From assembly GCA_963734535.1 (NCBI GenBank), contig CAVTHS010000010.1, positions 160,001 through 224,000 of the forward strand: a stretch of 64,000 nucleotides of DNA, written 5' to 3'. This document shows positions 18,638-36,365 of this stretch, one piece after another. How positions within the stretch are numbered: the first letter of the stretch is position 1; each line of letters starts with the position of its first letter. Origin of the DNA: an uncultured Chloroflexia bacterium. Its GTDB lineage: Bacteria > Chloroflexota > Limnocylindria > Limnocylindrales > CSP1-4. The notes under the pieces were generated by a model. That model was not told the DNA's origin, made no database searches, and worked only from the letters and a program-made list of their open reading frames with translations. The position numbers and the translations under genes are program-made.

Positions 18638-19993
18638 GTGGAATCTCGATCCTTCCCAGGGGACTTCACGTGGGGTGCAGCGACGGCCTCGTACCAGATC
18701 GAGGGAGCCGTCCACGAGGACGGCCGCGGCGAGTCGATCTGGGACCGCTTCTCGCACACACCGGGCCGCGTCCTCGACGGTGACACCGGTGACGTGGCGT
18801 GTGACCACTACCACCGCTATCGCGACGACGTGGCCCTCATCGCCGGGCTCGGCCTCACGGCCTATCGCTTCTCGGTGTCGTGGTCGCGGGTGATCCCGGA
18901 CGGGACCGGCGCCGTGAACGAGCCGGGGCTCGACTTCTACGAACGGCTCGTCGACGAGCTGCTGGCCCACGACATCGCGCCGTTCCTGACGCTCTACCAC
19001 TGGGACCTGCCGCAGGCGCTCGAGGATGCCGGCGGATGGCCCGTTCGCGCGACGGCCGACGCGTTCGCCGACTATGCCGGGGTCGTTGCCGAGCGGCTCG
19101 GCGACCGGGTCCGCAGCATCGCCACCCTGAACGAGCCATGGGTTGTCGCCGATCACGGCTACCGCGTCGGAGCGCACGCCCCGGGGCGGCGCGATCCCGC
19201 GGCGGCGCTCGGTGCGGCCCACAACCTGCTGCTTGGGCATGGCCTGGGCATGCAGGCGATCCGCGCCGCCGCGCCCGCGATCCCGGCCGGGATCGTGCTG
19301 AACCTGGGGCCGCAGCATCCGGCGTCTTCGCACCCACTCGACGTGGAAGCGGCCGCGGCGGAGCATGACTGGCTCAATCGCTGGTTCCTCGACCCGCTCG
19401 TTGGACGGGCGTACCCCGCAGTCCCATCGTGGGCCGGTCGGAACGGTGTCGATGGCGTCCGTGATGGCGACATGGCGCTGATCGCCGCGCCGATCGATTT
19501 CCTCGGCGTCAACTACTACAGCAGGAACGTGGTCCGCGCGCCGGGACTGCCCCCGGTCGCCAGGATCGAGCCGACCGAGCGGACCGCGATGGGCTGGGAG
19601 GTCTACCCGGCCGGCCTCGTGGAGATCCTGGAGTTCGCGAGGTCGAGAACGGGTTCACTGCCGCTCTACATCACCGAGAATGGCGCGGCCTATGCGCTGG
19701 ACGCGGCGAACCCGGCGCGTGACCCCGAGCGTGTCGCATTCCTCAGCCGCCATCTCGACGCGGCGCTCGAGGCCATCGCGGCGGGCGTCCCGGTGCGCGG
19801 CTATTTCGTCTGGTCCCTGCTCGACAACTTCGAATGGGCCCAGGGCTATGGCCCGCGGTTCGGGATCGTTCATGTCGATTACGCGACGCTGGAGCGGCGC
19901 GTCCGCGACAGTGGCCGGTTCATGGGCGCGGTGGCTCGCTCCGGTCGGCTCCCACTCGACACCGGCACGCCGGACGCCAGCGGACGCGACTGA
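18638..19993 (+). CDS. GH1 beta-glucosidase
   Basis: [19 protein letters not shown] (acid/base), ITENG (nucleophile), WSLLDNFEW; SD GGAGG before GTG. Confidence 0.95.
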   Translation: MESRSFPGDFTWGAATASYQIEGAVHEDGRGESIWDRFSHTPGRVLDGDTGDVACDHYHRYRDDVALIAGLGLTAYRFSVSWSRVIPDGTGAVNEPGLDFYERLVDELLAHDIAPFLTLYHWDLPQALEDAGGWPVRATADAFADYAGVVAERLGDRVRSIATLNEPWVVADHGYRVGAHAPGRRDPAAALGAAHNLLLGHGLGMQAIRAAAPAIPAGIVLNLGPQHPASSHPLDVEAAAAEHDWLNRWFLDPLVGRAYPAVPSWAGRNGVDGVRDGDMALIAAPIDFLGVNYYSRNVVRAPGLPPVARIEPTERTAMGWEVYPAGLVEILEFARSRTGSLPLYITENGAAYALDAANPARDPERVAFLSRHLDAALEAIAAGVPVRGYFVWSLLDNFEWAQGYGPRFGIVHVDYATLERRVRDSGRFMGAVARSGRLPLDTGTPDASGRD

Positions 19994-20046
19994 GAACTGC
20001 TGCCAGCGATCCACCACCATCCCCGCCACGCGAAGAGGGACTCCCG

Positions 20047-21057
20047 ATGACGACCCAGGAGCCGGCGCCCAGCCCCCCGACCTCGCCGCGTGCGGCTCCG
20101 TTTCCCTGGGAGGACAGGCCCGCGGGCTCGACAGGCGTGATCTGGCGTTCGTCGCGGAACCCGATCATCGGCCGCGATCATCTGCCGCGATCGAACAGCA
20201 TCTTCAACTCGGCCGTGGTCCCGTACGAGGGCGGGTATGCCGGCGTCTTCCGGGTCGACGACACCACGCGGGCCATGAACATCCACGCGGGCCGGAGCGC
20301 GGATGGCGTGACCTGGCGGATCTCGCCCCAGCCGATCGAGTTCGCGGCGGCGGACGCCCGGGTGCCCGAGATCCAGACCAGGTTCGAGCACGCCTACGAC
20401 CCGCGCGTGACCTGGCTGGAGGACCGCTACTACGTCACGTGGTGCAATGGCTACCACGGCCCCACGATCGGCGTGGGGTACACGCACGACTTCGAGTCGT
20501 TCCACCAGCTCGACAACGCCTTCCTGCCGTTCAACCGCAACGGGGTCCTGTTCCCGCGTCGCATCGGCGGCGCCTACGCCATGCTCAGCCGACCCAGCGA
20601 CAACGGGCACACCCCGTTCGGTGACATCTTCTTCTCGGAGAGCCCCGACCTGGTCCACTGGGGCCGCCATCGCCATGTCATGGCGCCCATCGGGTGGACG
20701 TGGGAGTCCACCAAGATCGGCGCGGGGCCGACGCCGATCGAGACGCCGGAGGGCTGGCTCCTCATCTACCACGGCGTGCTGACGTCCTGCAACGGGTATG
20801 TCTACTCGATGGGCGCGGCGCTGCTCGACCTCGACGAGCCGTGGAAGGTGATCGCGCGCAGCCGGGACTACCTCCTGTCCCCCCAGGTCTCGTACGAGCA
20901 GGTGGGCGATGTCCCCAACGTCGCGTTCCCCTGCGCCGCGCTCGTGGACCAGCCGGCGGACCGGCTGACGATCTACTATGGAGGCGCCGACACGGTGGTA
21001 TGCATGGCCCACGGATCCCTCTCCGGGGTCATCGATTTCGTTCGGTCGCGGTCCTGA
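20047..21057 (+). CDS. GH130 beta-1,4-mannooligosaccharide phosphorylase-like
   Basis: [56 protein letters not shown]. Confidence 0.88.
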   Translation: MTTQEPAPSPPTSPRAAPFPWEDRPAGSTGVIWRSSRNPIIGRDHLPRSNSIFNSAVVPYEGGYAGVFRVDDTTRAMNIHAGRSADGVTWRISPQPIEFAAADARVPEIQTRFEHAYDPRVTWLEDRYYVTWCNGYHGPTIGVGYTHDFESFHQLDNAFLPFNRNGVLFPRRIGGAYAMLSRPSDNGHTPFGDIFFSESPDLVHWGRHRHVMAPIGWTWESTKIGAGPTPIETPEGWLLIYHGVLTSCNGYVYSMGAALLDLDEPWKVIARSRDYLLSPQVSYEQVGDVPNVAFPCAALVDQPADRLTIYYGGADTVVCMAHGSLSGVIDFVRSRS

Positions 21058-21083
21058 CCGGCACCCCGCGGTAGAGGTCACCC

Positions 21084-23567
21084 ATGCGCTACGGCCATTT
21101 CGACGACGCCAGGCGCGAGTACGTCATCACGCGCCCGGACACACCGCTGCCGTGGATCAACTACCTCGGCAGCGAGGACTACTTCGGGATCATCTCGAAC
21201 ACCGCCGGCGGGTACTCCTTCTACCGCGATGCCCGGCTCCGGCGGCTGACTCGCTACCGCTACAACAACGCCCCGCTCGACCTCGGCGGCCGGTACGTCT
21301 ACCTCCGCGACGACGCCTCCGGCGACTATTGGAGCCCCAGCTGGCAGCCGACCCAGCGAGACCTCGAGGACTACACCTGCCGTCACGGCCTGGGCTACTC
21401 CGTCATCTCGTCGCGCTTCCTGGGAATCCGGGCGGAGACGCTCTACTTCGTTCCCGCGGGGGAGACCCTCGAGGTCTGGCGGGTTCGGGTCACGAACGAG
21501 CGGCCCGTTCCGGCGACGCTTTCCCTGTTCAGCTCCGTCGAGTTCTGCCTCTGGGATGCCCAGGACGACGCCACCAACTTCCAGCGCAACTACTCGGTGG
21601 GCGAGGTGGAGGTCGAGGACGGCGTCATCTACCACAAGACCGAGTACCGCGAACGGCGCAACCACTTCGCGTTCTTCGCCTGCTCCGAGCCGCTGGCCGG
21701 CTTCGACACGCAGCGGGACGCATTCCTCGGGCCGTACCGGAGCTGGGACCGTCCGATTGCCGTCGAGCGGGGATTCGCCTCCAACTCGATCGCCCACGGG
21801 TGGCAGCCATCGGGCTCGCACCACGTCCGTCTCGAGCTGCACCCGGGAGAGACCAGGGAGATCGTCTTCCTCCTGGGCTACGCGGAGAACCCCGCGGACG
21901 CCAAGTTCGATCCTCCCGGGTCGCAGACGATCGACAAGCGGCGCGTCCGGCCGACGATCACCCGGTACCTCCAACCCGACGTGGTCGGCGACGCGTTCGA
22001 GGCGCTCCGATCGCGGTGGACCGACCTCCTCGGGATCTGCCGGGCGGAGACCGGCAACGAGCACGTGGACCGGATGCTCAACATCTGGAACCCGTACCAG
22101 TGCATGGTCACGTTCAACATGTCCCGCTCCGCGTCGCTGTTCGAGTCGGGCATCGGCCGTGGAATGGGGTTTCGCGACACGAGCCAGGACCTGCTGGGCT
22201 TCGTCCACCTCGTGCCCGCCCGGGCGCGCGAGCGGCTCCTCGACGTCGCCTCGACGCAGCTGCCGACCGGTGGGGCGTACCACCAGTACCAGCCGCTCAC
22301 CAAGCGCGGCAACAACGACATCGGGTCCGGGTTCAACGATGACCCCGCGTGGCTCGTGCTCTCCGTCGCGGCATACCTCAAGGAGACCGGCGATGCGTCG
22401 ATCCTCGACGAGGCGCTGCCGTTCGACAACGAGCCGGGAACCGAGCGCCCGCTCTACGAGCATCTCCAGCGGTCGATCCAGTACACGCTCGACCGCCTCG
22501 GCCCGCACGGCCTGCCGCTCATCGGCCGCGCCGACTGGAACGACTGCCTCAACCTGAACTGCTTCTCGGAGACGCCCGGCGAATCCTTCCAGACCACCGA
22601 GAACCGAAGCGGAGGGGTCGCCGAATCGGTCTTCATCGCGGCCCTGTTCGTGGTGGCCGCTGGCGAGCTCGCCGCGATCGCCGCGCTCCGCGGCGATGCC
22701 GCCGAGGCCGCCCGTTCCCGTGCCGTTGCCTCGGAGATGCGCCGGGCGGTCGATCAGCACGGCTGGGACGGCGCCTGGTTCCGGCGCGCCTACGACTTCC
22801 TGGGCCGGCCCGTCGGGTCCGCGGAGAACGACGAGGGCCAGATCTTCATCGAGCCCCAGGGCATGTGCGTCCTGGCCGGCATCGGGATCGACGATGGGCG
22901 GGCACGGACCGCGCTCGATTCCGTCCGCGAGCGGCTGGCGACCCCGCATGGGATCGTGCTGCTCCAGCCCGCCTTCACCCGGTATCACCTGCACCTGGGC
23001 GAGATCTCCACCTACCCGGGTGGATACAAGGAGAACGCAGGCGTCTTCTGCCACACGAACCCCTGGGTGATGATCGGCGAGACCCGGGTCGGGAACGGCG
23101 ATGCGGCCCTGGACTACTACCTCCGGATCAACCCGTCGGCGCGGGAGGACCTCTCGGAGACGCACCGTGGCGAGCCCTACGTCTACGCCCAGATGATCGC
23201 GGGAGGGGACGCGGCGACTCCCGGCGAGGCGAAGAACACCTGGCTGACGGGGACCGCGGCCTGGAACTTCGTCGCGATCAGCCAGTGGATCCTGGGCATC
23301 CGGCCCGAGCACGACGGCCTGCGCATCGATCCGTGCGTGCCCGTGGCGTGGGGCGACTTCACGGCCACACGACGCTTCCGGGGAGCGACATACCGGATCG
23401 CCGTCCGGAAGCGGCCGGGCACGTCCGGCCGCGTGAGCCGGCTCCGCGTCGACGGTCGGACGATGGAGGGCAACCTGGTCCCGCTGCCGTCCTCGACCGG
23501 GGCCGTGATCGAGGTGGAGGCCTTCGTCGACGCGCCCGTGGAGGATGTCGTCGAGGCGACCCCGTGA
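21084..23567 (+). CDS. GH94 cellobiose phosphorylase
   Basis: MRYGHFDD..REYVIT, PWINYLG, GRGMGFRD, catalytic ADWNDCLNL, KENAGVFCH, WLTGTAAW. Confidence 0.92.
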   Translation: MRYGHFDDARREYVITRPDTPLPWINYLGSEDYFGIISNTAGGYSFYRDARLRRLTRYRYNNAPLDLGGRYVYLRDDASGDYWSPSWQPTQRDLEDYTCRHGLGYSVISSRFLGIRAETLYFVPAGETLEVWRVRVTNERPVPATLSLFSSVEFCLWDAQDDATNFQRNYSVGEVEVEDGVIYHKTEYRERRNHFAFFACSEPLAGFDTQRDAFLGPYRSWDRPIAVERGFASNSIAHGWQPSGSHHVRLELHPGETREIVFLLGYAENPADAKFDPPGSQTIDKRRVRPTITRYLQPDVVGDAFEALRSRWTDLLGICRAETGNEHVDRMLNIWNPYQCMVTFNMSRSASLFESGIGRGMGFRDTSQDLLGFVHLVPARARERLLDVASTQLPTGGAYHQYQPLTKRGNNDIGSGFNDDPAWLVLSVAAYLKETGDASILDEALPFDNEPGTERPLYEHLQRSIQYTLDRLGPHGLPLIGRADWNDCLNLNCFSETPGESFQTTENRSGGVAESVFIAALFVVAAGELAAIAALRGDAAEAARSRAVASEMRRAVDQHGWDGAWFRRAYDFLGRPVGSAENDEGQIFIEPQGMCVLAGIGIDDGRARTALDSVRERLATPHGIVLLQPAFTRYHLHLGEISTYPGGYKENAGVFCHTNPWVMIGETRVGNGDAALDYYLRINPSAREDLSETHRGEPYVYAQMIAGGDAATPGEAKNTWLTGTAAWNFVAISQWILGIRPEHDGLRIDPCVPVAWGDFTATRRFRGATYRIAVRKRPGTSGRVSRLRVDGRTMEGNLVPLPSSTGAVIEVEAFVDAPVEDVVEATP

Positions 23568-25963
23568 GATCGGTCGCGGAGCCGCCGGCGGTCTCCCCGT
23601 ACGGGCACCTCGACGCCACGACCCACGAATACGTGATCCGCCGGCCCGACACGCCGACGCCCTGGATCAACTACCTGGGGCAGGGCGGTTACGGCGGGAT
23701 CATCTCGAACACCGCGGGCGGCTTCTCGTTCGACCGCGATCCTCGCGAGCGCCGCGCCACCCGCTACCGCTACAACGCCATCCCGGCCGACCAGCCGGGA
23801 CGCTACGTCTACCTGCGGGACCAGGCGACCGGGCGGTTCTGGAGCCCCACCTGGCAACCCGTCAAGGCAGACGTGGAGGACTACGAGTGCCGGCACGGGC
23901 CCGGCTACACGCGGATCCGGAGCTCGTTCGACGGGATCGAGAGCCAGCTCCTGTACTTCGTCCCACCGGGCGCCGGCCACGCGGCCTGCCCGTGCGAGCT
24001 GTGGGTCGTGCGGATCCGGAACACGGGCCGGCAGGCCCGCCGAATCCGCACGTTCTCGTACGCCGAGTTCGGCTACTTCGACAGCCCCAGCGATCAGCAG
24101 AACCTGGACTGGTCGCAGCACATCATGTCGAGCCGGCGCGAGGGAAACGCCGTCCTCGCGTCCACGCGATTCCGCGCGACGACCACGTTCCTCGGGGCCA
24201 GCCAGCCGCCCGTGGGCTGGACCGGCGATCGGGACGACTTCGTGGGCCGCTGCCGCGATCTCGCGGCGCCGATCGTCGTCGAGACGGGCGAGCCGACGAA
24301 CGCCGGTTCGCCGCGCGGCAACTCGATCGGCTCGCTGTCCCACGACCTCGACCTCGGGCCGGGCGAGGAACGGCGCCTCGTCTACGTCCTCGGCATCACC
24401 GATCACCCCGAACAGATCGCAGCCGTGGTCGCGCGCTACGCCGATGGATCGGAGGTTGACCGGGCCTTCGACGACCTGCGCGCCGACTGGAGCGCGTACC
24501 TGGGACGCTTCACGGTTGTCACGCCCGACCTCGAGATCACCGAGATGCTCAACGCCTGGAACCAGGTCCAGTGCCGGACGACGCTCAACTGGTCGCGCTT
24601 CGTCTCCGGCTACGAGACGGGGCTGGGCCGCGGCATGGGAACCCGGGACTCCGCCCAGGACACGCTCGGGACGATGCACAGCCTGCCGGCGCAGGCCCGC
24701 ACGACGCTCACGCGCACGTGGGCGCTCCAGTTCCGCGACGGTCACACCTGGCACCAGGTATTCCCGCTCACCGGCGAGGGCGGCCCGGGGCTCGCCGCGG
24801 AGTTCCCCGCCTGGCCCCAGTGGTTCTCCGACGACCACCTCTGGCTGGTCCTCGCGACGTGCGCGTACCTGCGCGAGACCGGCGATCTCGCCTATCTCGA
24901 TGACCGGGTCGCGTGGGCCGACGGCGACGAAGCGACGATCTGGACGCACATGCACCGGGCGATCGAGTTCACCCTGGCGAACCGCGGCCCCCACGGCCTC
25001 CCCCGGGCGGGCTTCGCCGATTGGGACGACACGCTCAACATCGACCATGGGTCCGGCAAGGCCGAGAGCACCTGGAGCGCGATGCTCTTCTGCCGCACCG
25101 TCCTGGACCTCGCGGACGTGTGCGGGCACGCGGGCCGGCCCACGGAGGCCGCCCACCTCGGAGACCTTCATGCCGAGATGGCCCGGATCGTCAACGCGGT
25201 CGCCTGGGACGGGGCGTGGTACGCCCGGGCGTTCGACGACGACGGCATCCCCATCGGGGTCTCGGCCGAGGAGCGCCATCGCATCAACCTGATCCCGCAG
25301 ACCTGGTCCGTCATCGGCGAGGTCGCTCCGCGCGACCGTGCGGAACGGGCACTGGCATCCGCGGACGAGCTCCTCGCGACGCCGTTCGGGACCGCGCTCC
25401 TGTGGCCCCCATACGACGGCGGCGACGAGCGCGTCCGGGGCACGGCCACCTACCCGCCGGGCGCCAAGGAGAACGGCGGCATCTTCTGCCACGCCAATGC
25501 ATGGCTCGTCATCGCCGCAGCCATGCTCGGCCGTGGCGATGACGCCGTTCGCCACCACCGGCGGATCCTGCCCCTGGCCCAGGCCGGCGTGGACCGGTAC
25601 CGGGCAGAGCCCTACGTCTACTCCCAGAACATCTGCGGGCCGGCCCATCCGCAGTTCGGCATGGCCCGCAACGCGTGGCTCACGGGGACGGCCGCCTGGG
25701 CGTTCGTCGCAGCCACCCAGTGGGTCCTGGGGATCCGGCCGACCTTCGAGGGCCTGATGATCGCCCCCGCGATCCCGGCATCCTGGCCCGGCTTCGAGGC
25801 GCACCGCGCGTTCCGCGGCGTGAGCTACGAGATCCGCACGCGGCGAGATGGCCCCGGAAACGCCGTGTCGCTGCTCGTGGACGGCCGGCCCATCGAGGGA
25901 TCCGTCGTCCCACTGCCGGCGCCCGGCACGAGCCTCGTCAGGGTCGACGTCGCCCTGCGCTGA
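23564..25963 (+). CDS. Second, divergent GH94 glycoside phosphorylase
   Basis: GTGA overlap; PWINYLG, GRGMGTRD, ADWDDTLN, KENGGIFCH, WLTGTAAW. Confidence 0.88.
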   Translation: MRSVAEPPAVSPYGHLDATTHEYVIRRPDTPTPWINYLGQGGYGGIISNTAGGFSFDRDPRERRATRYRYNAIPADQPGRYVYLRDQATGRFWSPTWQPVKADVEDYECRHGPGYTRIRSSFDGIESQLLYFVPPGAGHAACPCELWVVRIRNTGRQARRIRTFSYAEFGYFDSPSDQQNLDWSQHIMSSRREGNAVLASTRFRATTTFLGASQPPVGWTGDRDDFVGRCRDLAAPIVVETGEPTNAGSPRGNSIGSLSHDLDLGPGEERRLVYVLGITDHPEQIAAVVARYADGSEVDRAFDDLRADWSAYLGRFTVVTPDLEITEMLNAWNQVQCRTTLNWSRFVSGYETGLGRGMGTRDSAQDTLGTMHSLPAQARTTLTRTWALQFRDGHTWHQVFPLTGEGGPGLAAEFPAWPQWFSDDHLWLVLATCAYLRETGDLAYLDDRVAWADGDEATIWTHMHRAIEFTLANRGPHGLPRAGFADWDDTLNIDHGSGKAESTWSAMLFCRTVLDLADVCGHAGRPTEAAHLGDLHAEMARIVNAVAWDGAWYARAFDDDGIPIGVSAEERHRINLIPQTWSVIGEVAPRDRAERALASADELLATPFGTALLWPPYDGGDERVRGTATYPPGAKENGGIFCHANAWLVIAAAMLGRGDDAVRHHRRILPLAQAGVDRYRAEPYVYSQNICGPAHPQFGMARNAWLTGTAAWAFVAATQWVLGIRPTFEGLMIAPAIPASWPGFEAHRAFRGVSYEIRTRRDGPGNAVSLLVDGRPIEGSVVPLPAPGTSLVRVDVALR

Positions 25964-26135
25964 GCGCGCGGCGGGTGCGCGCTCACGCGACTCCGCCCGC
26001 AGGGCCGTCTGCGCGCAGGCCACGCCGGGCGCCCTGCGAAGGTCCACTATGCGCGCATCTGGAGCGCTGCCGGCCACGCGATCGATAACGGCCGCAGCCT
26101 CACGTGAGACCTTTCCGCTTCAGAAGGTGCCAACG

Positions 26136-27065
26136 GTGTCACCGGACGTCTCCCTGGACGACGGATTCCTGTTTCGCTCCCTGATGGAGACGATGGTCGA
26201 CAGCATCTATTTCAAGGATCGCCAGTGCCGGCTCGTGCGCGTGAACCGGAAGATGGCGCTGGACCTCGGACGCGCCGATCCGGCGGAGCTCATCGGCAGG
26301 ACCGATATCGAGCTGTTCGGCCGGGAGTTCGGCGAGATCACCATGGTCGACGACTCGAGGATCATGGAAACGGACGAGCCGATCATCGGCCTGACGGAAA
26401 GCCGCCGGCTCGAGAGCGGGCAGGTCAACTGGACGCTGACCACCAAGACGCCGCTGCACGACGCGGCGGGCAATGTCGTGGGGCTTCTCGGCATCACGCG
26501 GGAGATCAACGAGCTCAAGCGGGCCGAGATCACCCTCGAGCACCTCGCCACGCACGACACGTTGACCGGGCTGCCGAATCGCTATCTCATGTTCGACCGC
26601 CTGAACCAGCTCCTGGTGCGGGCCGCGCGGTACGAGACGAGCTTCGCGATCCTCTTCATCGACCTCGACGGCTTCAAGCGGATCAACGATTCTCGGGGGC
26701 ATGACGTGGGCGACCTGGTGCTCCGCGGGGTTGCAGAGAGGCTTACCCAGAGCCTTCGAGCCGCCGACACGGTCGCCCGCATCGGCGGCGACGAGTTCGT
26801 GATCCTGCTCGAGTCGCTCCGGGCGGGCGCTGATGCGATCGCGCTCGCCGACAGAATCTGCTCGGCCGTGGGCGCGCCATTCGCGTTGCCGGGCGGCGAC
26901 GCGACGGTCACGGTCAGCATCGGAATCGGCCTCTATCCGGACGATGGCCGCGACGCGGAGGAGCTGCTCAAGGCCGCCGACGTGGCGATGTACCGAGCCA
27001 AGAGAGAGATCGCCGCGCCCGCCCCGCCTCGTCCATCCGGCACGCCGGGTTCGCGCTCCGGCTAG
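26136..27065 (+). CDS. PAS-GGDEF diguanylate cyclase
   Basis: PAS (IYFKD..KTPL..GLLGITREI), HDTLTGLPNR, DLDGFKRIND, GGDEF; start approximate. Confidence 0.9.
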   Translation: MSPDVSLDDGFLFRSLMETMVDSIYFKDRQCRLVRVNRKMALDLGRADPAELIGRTDIELFGREFGEITMVDDSRIMETDEPIIGLTESRRLESGQVNWTLTTKTPLHDAAGNVVGLLGITREINELKRAEITLEHLATHDTLTGLPNRYLMFDRLNQLLVRAARYETSFAILFIDLDGFKRINDSRGHDVGDLVLRGVAERLTQSLRAADTVARIGGDEFVILLESLRAGADAIALADRICSAVGAPFALPGGDATVTVSIGIGLYPDDGRDAEELLKAADVAMYRAKREIAAPAPPRPSGTPGSRSG

Positions 27066-27077
27066 GCAGCGAGCGCG

Positions 27078-28289
27078 CTACCCATCCGTGGAGGTCGCTG
27101 CCCGGCGAGCGACGAACCGGCCGATCCGCGCCAGCGCCTCCTCGAGCTTCTCGTAGCTGGTCGCGTAGCACATCCTGACATGGCCCGCGCCGGACGGGCC
27201 GAAGGCGCTCCCCGGGACCGCCGCCACGTGCTCCTCGGCGATGAGTCGCTCGACGAAGCTCTCGTCGTCCAGCCCGGTCGAGGTGATGCGCGGGAACGCG
27301 TAGAAGGCGCCGCGCGGCTCGAACGTCTCGAGGCCCAGCCCGTTGAGCCCGTCGACGAGGAGCCGGCGGCGGCGGTCGTATTCCGCGCGCATCGTCTCGA
27401 CGTCGCCGTCGGCGGTCGTGATCGCGACCAGCGCCGCATCCTGGGCGGTGGTCGGGGCGGACATGATCCCGTACTGGTGGACCTTGACGATCCCCTCGAG
27501 GATCCCGGCGGGCGCGCACGCATACCCGACCCGCCAGCCGGTCATCGCGTAGGCCTTCGAGAAGCCGCCCATCAGGATGGTCCGCTCGCGCATGCCCGGC
27601 AGGGCGCTCATCGCCCGGTGCCGGTAGTCGCCGTAGGCGAGGCGGTCGTAGATCTCGTCGGAGTAGACGAGCAGGTCGTGGCGGACCGCGATTGCCGCCA
27701 GCTCGTCCTGGACGGCCACCGGGAGGACGGCGCCGGTCGGGTTGCAGGGGTACCCGAGGAAGAGAGCCTTCGTCGCCGGCGTGATCGCGGCCTCCACGGC
27801 GGCGGGATCGAGCGCGAAGTCGTCCTCGAAGCGGGTGGCGACGTGGCGCACGACGCCGCCCGCGAAGACGACCGCCGGCACGTACGCGACGTACGACGGC
27901 TCGTGGAGGATCACCTCGTCGCCTGGATCGATCGTGGCCCGGAGCGCGAGGTCGACCGCCTCGGACGCCCCCACGGTCACCAGGATCTCCGACGTCGGGT
28001 CGTAGCGGACACCGTAGCGGCGAGCCAGGTGGTCGGAGATCGCGACGCGCAGCTCGAGCGTCCCGTAGTTCGAGGTGTAGTGCGTCCGCTCGGCGCGGAG
28101 CGACGCGATCCCGGCCTCGATGACCTGGACGGGTGTCGCGAAGTCCGGCTCCCCCACCCCGAGGCTGATCACGTCCTCCATCGTCGCCGCGATGTCGAAG
28201 AAGCGACGGATGCCCGAGGGCGGCACGGCGCGGACGCGCGCCGAGAGGGCACGCTCCGCGAGCGGACGGCGCAGCTCGGTCGGTGTCAT
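27078..28289 (-). CDS. PLP-dependent class I/II aminotransferase (aspartate aminotransferase-like)
   Basis: [34 protein letters not shown]; ATGA overlap with the gatA stop. Confidence 0.92.
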   Translation of the reverse strand: MTPTELRRPLAERALSARVRAVPPSGIRRFFDIAATMEDVISLGVGEPDFATPVQVIEAGIASLRAERTHYTSNYGTLELRVAISDHLARRYGVRYDPTSEILVTVGASEAVDLALRATIDPGDEVILHEPSYVAYVPAVVFAGGVVRHVATRFEDDFALDPAAVEAAITPATKALFLGYPCNPTGAVLPVAVQDELAAIAVRHDLLVYSDEIYDRLAYGDYRHRAMSALPGMRERTILMGGFSKAYAMTGWRVGYACAPAGILEGIVKVHQYGIMSAPTTAQDAALVAITTADGDVETMRAEYDRRRRLLVDGLNGLGLETFEPRGAFYAFPRITSTGLDDESFVERLIAEEHVAAVPGSAFGPSGAGHVRMCYATSYEKLEEALARIGRFVARRAATSTDG

Positions 28290-29842
28290 CGGACCGCCTC
28301 CACGGGCTCCCGGAGGGCGGCAAGGCCCGCAGGCTCCCGGCCCCGCCACGGCGCGTCGGCGGTGATCGCCTCGTAGGCGCGCGCGAGGCGCAGGAGCGCC
28401 AGCTCGCTCCACGCCGGACCGATCAGCTGGAGCCCGACGGGAAGCCCGTCGGAGAGCCCGGCCGGGATGCTCATGCCGGGCAGACCGGCCATGTTGACCG
28501 GCAGCGTGCAGGCATCGGAGAGGTACATCGCCACCGGATCCTCCATCTTTGCCCCCAGCGGCCAGGCAACCGACGGGCTGGTCGGGGCAACAAGGGCATC
28601 GATCCCGGCCCCGAAGGCGGCGTCGAAGTCGGCCTTGATGAGCGTCCGGACCTTCTGCGCCTTCAGGTAGAACGCGTCGTAGTAGCCGGCCGAGAGCGCG
28701 TACGTGCCGAGCATGATCCGGCGCTTCACCTCGGCGCCGAAGCCGGATCCGCGGGTCGCGAGGTAGTTGGCCAGCACGTCCCCGTCGCGGACGGCGCGGC
28801 CGAAGCGGATCCCGTCGTAGCGCGCGAGGTTCGCGGACGCCTCTGCCGGCGCGACGATGTAGTAGGTCGCCAGCCCGTACTCCGTGTGGGGGAGGCTGAC
28901 GTCCACGATCTCGGCGCCCGCAGCTGCGAGGGCGGCCACCGCCTCCCGGATCCGCGCCTCGACACCGGGCTCCATGCCCGCCACGAAGTACTCCCGCGGA
29001 AGGCCCAGGCGAAGGCCGCGAAGATGGCCGGCCGCCTCGTCGTCGCCCGCCGCGAGGTGGAGCAGCTCGTCCGGGACCGGGCGCGGCGCGGAGGTCGAGT
29101 CGCGCTCGTCGCGGCCCGCCACCGCGTGGAGCAGCATGGCCGCGTCGCGGGCGTCGCGCCCGAACGGCCCGATCTGGTCGAGCGAGGAGGCGAAGGCGAC
29201 GATCCCGTAGCGGCTGACCCGCCCATAGGTCGGCTTGAGCCCCACGATTCCCGTCATGGACGCGGGCTGGCGGATGGAGCCGCCCGTGTCCGTGCCCAGG
29301 CTCAGGGGCACGTGCCCGGCGGCAACGCTCGCCGCGGACCCGCCGGAGCTGCCCCCGGGAACGCGACCCAGGTCCCAGGGGTTGGCGACCGGCCCGTAGG
29401 CGGAGTGCTCCGTCGACGAGCCCATCGCGAACTCGTCCATGTTGAGCTTGCCCAGGATCACCGCACCCGCGTCGCGCAGCCGCTCGGTGACGTGGGCGTC
29501 GTACGGGGCGATGTACCCTGCCAGGATCTTCGAGCCGGCCGTGCACTGGCCGCCGCGAACCGAGACGAGGTCCTTGAGGCCGACCGGCACGCCGCACAGC
29601 GGATGCAGCACGGTCAGCGCGGCGGCTCCCTCCGCGCGGGCCACCGCCAGCCGGGCGTCCGCGTCGTCGGCCGCGGCCCGTGCGCCGGCCGCGTCGATGA
29701 CGAGCCATGCGTTGAGGGCGGGATTCTCACGCTCGGCGAGGGCCAGGTGCGCCTCCACGAGCTCACGGGACGAGAGGTCGCCGGCACGCAGCCGGTCGCT
29801 CATGGCGGCCGCCGTCAGGCGCGTCAGGCCGGGATCCGTCAT
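28286..29842 (-). CDS. gatA: Asp/Glu-tRNA amidotransferase subunit A
   Basis: [54 protein letters not shown]. Confidence 0.97.
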   Translation of the reverse strand: MTDPGLTRLTAAAMSDRLRAGDLSSRELVEAHLALAERENPALNAWLVIDAAGARAAADDADARLAVARAEGAAALTVLHPLCGVPVGLKDLVSVRGGQCTAGSKILAGYIAPYDAHVTERLRDAGAVILGKLNMDEFAMGSSTEHSAYGPVANPWDLGRVPGGSSGGSAASVAAGHVPLSLGTDTGGSIRQPASMTGIVGLKPTYGRVSRYGIVAFASSLDQIGPFGRDARDAAMLLHAVAGRDERDSTSAPRPVPDELLHLAAGDDEAAGHLRGLRLGLPREYFVAGMEPGVEARIREAVAALAAAGAEIVDVSLPHTEYGLATYYIVAPAEASANLARYDGIRFGRAVRDGDVLANYLATRGSGFGAEVKRRIMLGTYALSAGYYDAFYLKAQKVRTLIKADFDAAFGAGIDALVAPTSPSVAWPLGAKMEDPVAMYLSDACTLPVNMAGLPGMSIPAGLSDGLPVGLQLIGPAWSELALLRLARAYEAITADAPWRGREPAGLAALREPVEAVR

Positions 29843-29849
29843 GCGAGGC

Positions 29850-30146
29850 TCAGTCCCCGCCGAGGATGGCCGGCACCACGACGTAGCTGCCGTCCCGTCT
29901 CGGGGCGTTGGCGAGCGCCTCGGCCTGCGAGAGCGAGGGCCGCGACACATCCTCGCGGAGGATGTTCTCCAGCTCGATCGTCTGGGCCGTCGGCGGGATG
30001 GCGTCCGTGTCGAGGCGGGCCAGCACCGCGTACTGCTCCAGGATGTGGTTCAGCTGGACCTCGAGCCGCGCGAGCTCGTCCTCGACGAGGCCCAGCCGCG
30101 CCAGGTGCGCCACGTGCTCGACGTCCGCGCGCGAAAGCGTTGCCAT
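29850..30146 (-). CDS. gatC: Asp/Glu-tRNA amidotransferase subunit C
   Basis: [26 protein letters not shown]; directly upstream of gatA. Confidence 0.95.
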   Translation of the reverse strand: MATLSRADVEHVAHLARLGLVEDELARLEVQLNHILEQYAVLARLDTDAIPPTAQTIELENILREDVSRPSLSQAEALANAPRRDGSYVVVPAILGGD

Positions 30147-30173
30147 GCGGCCGATGATAACGGACGGGCAGCG

Positions 30174-33476
<3,303 letters not shown>

Positions 33477-33552
33477 CTGCCATCGCCCGTACGAACGGGT
33501 CGCCGTCCGTCGCCATCCGCGAGCGGGCGGCTGCGCGTGATCGTCGGGTCGC

Positions 33553-36249
<2,697 letters not shown>

Positions 36250-36365
36250 GTCTCGATTGTACGGCGGGAGCCTGCACCGGCCATCGACTGCGCCCGCCGC
36301 GTTCACGAAGGCCGGGCCGGCCCGCCGGGTGGTTCGGCCGTCCGGAGCTGCGGCCTCCCCGTCCG

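Noticed and set aside
22349-23563. Apparent long N-terminal extensions in the ORF track (second GH94, purL, purB, purA, aminotransferase, permeases)
   Set aside because: The extensions are off-frame overlaps of upstream genes or intergenic DNA. The likely starts are at ATGA/GTGA overlaps or SD-led codons.
11457-27077. Mobile element or prophage call for the sugar locus
   Set aside because: No integrase, transposase, att-like repeats or phage genes were seen.
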